Below the pieces are notes generated by a model, which was not told the origin of the DNA, ran no database searches, and saw only the letters and a list, made by a program, of their open reading frames with translations. The position numbers and the translations under genes were made by a program. A stretch of 63,099 nt of DNA, the filler included, from a candidate division NPL-UPA2 bacterium Unc8 (lineage in GTDB: Bacteria > NPL-UPA2), in NCBI GenBank assembly GCA_003574845.1. It is 4 parts of 4 records of this genome, joined end to end, with 100 filler letters (N's around TTAATTAATTAA, not from the genome) between each part and the next. Parts side by side here need not be neighbours in the genome. Positions count along the whole stretch, not along the records: positions 49,121 to 61,379 come from NDHY01000018.1; positions 61,480 to 63,099 come from NDHY01000024.1; 2 more parts are not named here. One strand, given 5' to 3'. This document shows positions 59,637 to 63,099 of the stretch, piece by piece (position 1 is the stretch's first letter; every line of letters begins with the position of its first letter).

Positions 59637-61163
59637 TTATTTATTCCTTCTCACCATTACCCCTACTTCCTCAAGCTTCAAGAGGAGAGAGACTCCTATG
59701 AAGAAAGCCGCTCCGGCAGCGATTGGAATAAGCACTGCTAAAACCTCATTGGCAAACATTCCCATAAGTATGTGGCATAAGAACATCATTATAGCAGTTA
59801 TTGGAATAATTTTAAAGAGAGAGTTAAGGATTTTCTTTCCATCAACTCCGCCAATTCTCCTGTTAAGCAGGAAAACGAGAATGAACATATTTATGACCGC
59901 TGAGATAGAAGTGGCGAGAGCAAGCCCTCCAAGCCCAAGAGGAAACATAAGAATAATGTTGAGCGCTACATTAGAAACCATAGCAACAATAGCTGCCCGG
60001 AGCGGTGTTTTCATATCCTGAAGAGAGTAAAATGTTTTGCTCAGGATATGAACTGCCCCGTAAGCAAACAATCCTATTGAATAGAAAAGAAGTGCAGTTG
60101 CCGTAATCTCAGTAGCTGTAGCATCAAAAGCTCCTCTTTCAAAGAGTAAACTGATAATTGGCTTTCTCAGGACAATCAACCCTGCTGAAGCAGGAATAAG
60201 AAGGGTAAGCGCCGTGCGAAATGAAAATGAGAACATTTGGCGTAGCTTTGCAATTTCTCCTTTTGCAGCATAGCCGGCAAGGCGGGGAAAAGTAGCAGTA
60301 GCAATGGCAGTGGAGAAGATAGCAATTGGAACCTGCACTATCCACACCCCATAAGTAAGGGCAGATATTGCTCCCTCTCCTACGATAAAGGCAAAGGAAG
60401 CACAAATGCGGTCAACAACGATATTTATCTGATAGATGGCAAGTCCTAAAGTTGCCGGAACTGCCAAAAAAAAGAGTTTTTTTATTTTCGGATGATTAAA
60501 AATTAATCTGAATTGCATCCCCTTCGCTCTTAATATCGGAAGCTGAATGAGAAGCTGCCCTACTCCTCCAAGAATAACCGAAACTGACAGAATTATAATT
60601 CCGGTCCTGCTTTCAGGAGCAATAAAGAAAAAGAGAGCGGCAATCATAAAGAGATTAAGAATAATCGGAGTGATTGCAGGGATAGCAAAATGCCGCAGGG
60701 AATTGAGAATACCCATACCAAGAGTGGCAAGTCCGATAAAGAAGATGTACGGAAACATTATCCGCAGCAGGTCTGTGGTAATAGCAGCGCTTTCTGCGTC
60801 AAAACCCGGAACCAGGAGCCTGGTAACAATCGGAGCAAGTAAAACTCCCAGGCCGCTGATAATAAAGAGAGACGCCATCAGGACATTAGTCACTGCACTT
60901 GCCATTCCCCAGGCAGAGCTACTCCCATCTTTCTCCATGCATTCTGTAAATACCGGGATAAAAGCGGCTTGCAGCCCGCCTTCGCCAAACAATCTTCTCA
61001 TCACATTCGGAATTTGAAAAGCAATAAAAAAGGCATCGGCAAAGACCCCGACACCAAAATATTTAGCAATTAATACTGTCCTTACAAGCCCCAAAATGCG
61101 GCTTGCCAGTGTTGCCAACCCAATCCCGCCAGCCAGCCTCGTCAGTTTACCTCTGCCTGGCAC
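59637..61163 (-). CDS. murJ: Lipid II flippase MurJ (MviN)
   Basis: SRILGLVR, ADAF, PNVMRRLFGEG, AFIP, FERGAF, FYSLQDMKTP, GLALATS. Confidence 0.96.
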   Translation of the reverse strand: MPGRGKLTRLAGGIGLATLASRILGLVRTVLIAKYFGVGVFADAFFIAFQIPNVMRRLFGEGGLQAAFIPVFTECMEKDGSSSAWGMASAVTNVLMASLFIISGLGVLLAPIVTRLLVPGFDAESAAITTDLLRIMFPYIFFIGLATLGMGILNSLRHFAIPAITPIILNLFMIAALFFFIAPESRTGIIILSVSVILGGVGQLLIQLPILRAKGMQFRLIFNHPKIKKLFFLAVPATLGLAIYQINIVVDRICASFAFIVGEGAISALTYGVWIVQVPIAIFSTAIATATFPRLAGYAAKGEIAKLRQMFSFSFRTALTLLIPASAGLIVLRKPIISLLFERGAFDATATEITATALLFYSIGLFAYGAVHILSKTFYSLQDMKTPLRAAIVAMVSNVALNIILMFPLGLGGLALATSISAVINMFILVFLLNRRIGGVDGKKILNSLFKIIPITAIMMFLCHILMGMFANEVLAVLIPIAAGAAFFIGVSLLLKLEEVGVMVRRNK

Positions 61164-61339
61164 TTCCTTGAGTCCTTCTTCCTCAAATCAAAATCAGACA
61201 TTAAATGCATTAAAATGCTTCAGACCTTCTAAAGGAAAAATCCCTTTAAAAAATGTTTCACCCGGGATTGTAGAGCCAGGAAAAGCTACAACTAATTATA
61301 GAGAGTCTTAAAGGCAATGTCAATGTCTTTCTTAATAGG

Positions 61340-61379
61340 TGTCAAGACAAATTTAAAATGTCCTATTCTTAGCAAATTT
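61340..61379 (+). mobile_element. Terminal repeat of an insertion sequence (TGT end), truncated by the gap
   Basis: TGTCAAGACAAATTTAAAATGTCCTATTCTTAGCAAATTT matches the pattern at 49121-49170. Confidence 0.6.
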
Positions 61380-61479
61380 NNNNNNNNNNNNNNNNNNNNN
61401 NNNNNNNNNNNNNNNNNNNNNNNTTAATTAATTAANNNNNNNNNNNNNNNNNNNNNNNNNNNNNNNNNNNNNNNNNNNN
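61380..61479. other. Artificial contig linker / assembly gap
   Basis: N run with TTAATTAATTAA. Confidence 0.97.
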
Positions 61480-61686
61480 GCTCGCAATGACTGGAAGGGG
61501 CTCGCAATGACAGGAAGGGGCAGGCAATGACGCTCTCCTGTGTCATTGCGAGGAGCGACAGCGACGTGGCAATCCATTAGATTGCTTCGCTACCGCTCGC
61601 AATGACAGGAAGGGGCTCGCAATGACAGGAAGGGGCAGGCAATGACGCTCTCCTATGTCATTGCGAGGTGCAACCGAAGCAATCTC
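61480..61686. repeat. Cluster of GTCATTGCGAG/CTCGCAATGAC palindromic (REP-like) repeats
   Basis: 74-nt unit duplicated at 115-nt period (61480-61553, 61595-61668); GCAATC/GATTGC inner arms. Confidence 0.88.
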
Positions 61687-61694
61687 CAAGCAAT

Positions 61695-63026
61695 CTACAA
61701 AATGCGCGGGGTAACAAAGATAATAAGCTCAGTAGTAATATTGGCTTCTTCAGGCCTTTCCACTCTGGTGAAAAAATGCCTGATGATAGGAATGTACCCA
61801 AGAATTGGAACGCGAGAGATTCTCTGTGCCTCTTTAGTCTGAATTAACCCGCCGATGGCTAATGTCTCACCACTTCTTACCGTAACCCGAACATCTGTTT
61901 CCTTGGTTCTTAAGACAGGCACAGTAAGTCCTCCGGGAAAAGTAATAATCTCAGCAACCTCACTCACCTCCGGTTTCAGGTGCATAACAATTTCATCTCT
62001 ACCTCGCCTGACGACAGGAGTAACATTTAGAATTACTCCGGAGTCAAGGAACTCATAGCCGGTTATCTCCCACATCCCTGTTGCTTCAATGAATGCCATT
62101 GTGGGAATGGGATGCCTGATGGCAGTGGTTATCGTTGCCTTCTCATTGCTGAGAGTGGTAATGGTGGGTGAGGAGAGTACCTCAGCCTGAGCTTCAGTTA
62201 TCAGCATGCGAAACACTGCCCGGAAAGCATCGGCAGTGAGAAGACCAAAGACAAATGCCCGGGGGTCTGCTGTCGGAATCTGGGTTATGCCAAAATCAGG
62301 AAGGGTAAAGTCTGTCTCAAATGGGAAGGTAATCGGGGTAACTCCGCCTCTGGCGATACCTCCTTCTATATTCCATTCTATTCCTACATCTGCGCCCTCT
62401 CTGTGGATAATCTCTAGTATCCTGACCTCAATGGCAATCTGAGGGACCTCGGCGTCCAGCTCCCTGATTACCCTTTCCATCATTAATAGATGGGTCGGGG
62501 TATCGGTAATAATCAGAGCGCCTACTTTTTCATTCACAGCCACTTTCCCTCCTGGCGAGAGCATGTGCTTGATGGATGCGTGCGTATCGGCAATATCGGC
62601 AAATTCAAGAAAAAATGTCCTTGTCCCCAGCCTCTCTGGCATGAGATCCCCTTTTCTGGCCACCATAATGACATTTTCTCGTTTCGAAAAAGCAAATCCA
62701 TGGGTCTCAAGGATTATGCTTAGAGCAGTTATCCAGGGAACATCTCTGAGAGTAATGGTTATGTTTCCTACTACATCGGGAGCGGGGATTATATTGACAT
62801 TTGCGTGGTCAGCGATGAGACGAAGGACATCTCTGATATCAGTATCTCTGACCTCAATGGTAATTGGGTCTCCGATTTCCCAGATTGGATGAAAAATTAT
62901 TCCTTCTTCAACAACCCCGGGTCTCTTTTCCTCTAACGGCACAGGTCTCTCCTCGGGACCTCTTGATAGAGCAACTGGAGAGAAAAAGATGATGACGAGA
63001 AAAAGAGACAACATTATTTTTTTCAT
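61695..63026 (-). CDS. Outer-membrane secretin (PilQ/GspD family)
   Basis: Signal peptide, STN-like DIRDVLRLIA...LRDVPW, N3 domain, LSSPTITT, GETLAIGGL, RVPILGYIPII, ELIIFVTPRI. Confidence 0.93.
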   Translation of the reverse strand: MKKIMLSLFLVIIFFSPVALSRGPEERPVPLEEKRPGVVEEGIIFHPIWEIGDPITIEVRDTDIRDVLRLIADHANVNIIPAPDVVGNITITLRDVPWITALSIILETHGFAFSKRENVIMVARKGDLMPERLGTRTFFLEFADIADTHASIKHMLSPGGKVAVNEKVGALIITDTPTHLLMMERVIRELDAEVPQIAIEVRILEIIHREGADVGIEWNIEGGIARGGVTPITFPFETDFTLPDFGITQIPTADPRAFVFGLLTADAFRAVFRMLITEAQAEVLSSPTITTLSNEKATITTAIRHPIPTMAFIEATGMWEITGYEFLDSGVILNVTPVVRRGRDEIVMHLKPEVSEVAEIITFPGGLTVPVLRTKETDVRVTVRSGETLAIGGLIQTKEAQRISRVPILGYIPIIRHFFTRVERPEEANITTELIIFVTPRIL

Positions 63027-63050
63027 ACCTTACCTCCTGTTAAATTCAAA

Positions 63051-63083
63051 GATTGCCGCGTCGCTGTCGCTCCTCGCAATGAC
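63051..63083. repeat. REP-like unit upstream of the secretin gene
   Basis: Reverse complement of 61542-61574 with one mismatch over 33 bp. Confidence 0.85.
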
Positions 63084-63099
63084 TAAGAGCGTGTTATTG

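Overview
Draft (probably metagenome-assembled) bacterial genome window made of four contigs joined by artificial N-TTAATTAATTAA-N linkers (26318-26417, 49021-49120, 61380-61479), so adjacency across these joins is unproven. Most of it is housekeeping: gyrB(intein)-gyrA-archease-rtcB-serS-tRNA-Ser, addAB, a biotin carboxylase, metG, aroA, yebC-ruvCAB, dnaX-ybaB-recR, a complete dcw cluster (mraZ to ftsZ), icd, glyQS, ppdK, fdhD, nadA, iscS/iscU, pyrD, murJ, a secretin, and four tRNAs. The interesting material is mostly non-coding. (1) About 15 gene junctions carry modular, partly nested 7/8-mer repeat blocks with conserved junction sequences; they often supply the upstream gene's last codons and stop. 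(2) Two aminoacyl-tRNA synthetase genes (serS, metG) have their stop codons inside the downstream tRNA gene. (3) An integrase-less two-cassette integron remnant (frameshifted vapBC plus an AT-rich methyltransferase, with recognisable attC sites) is bracketed by perfect 20-bp inverted repeats. (4) There is also an HNH-type GyrB intein, the terminal repeat of a type I-E-like CRISPR array and IS ends at contig breaks. All calls come from reading motifs by eye; no database searches were run.
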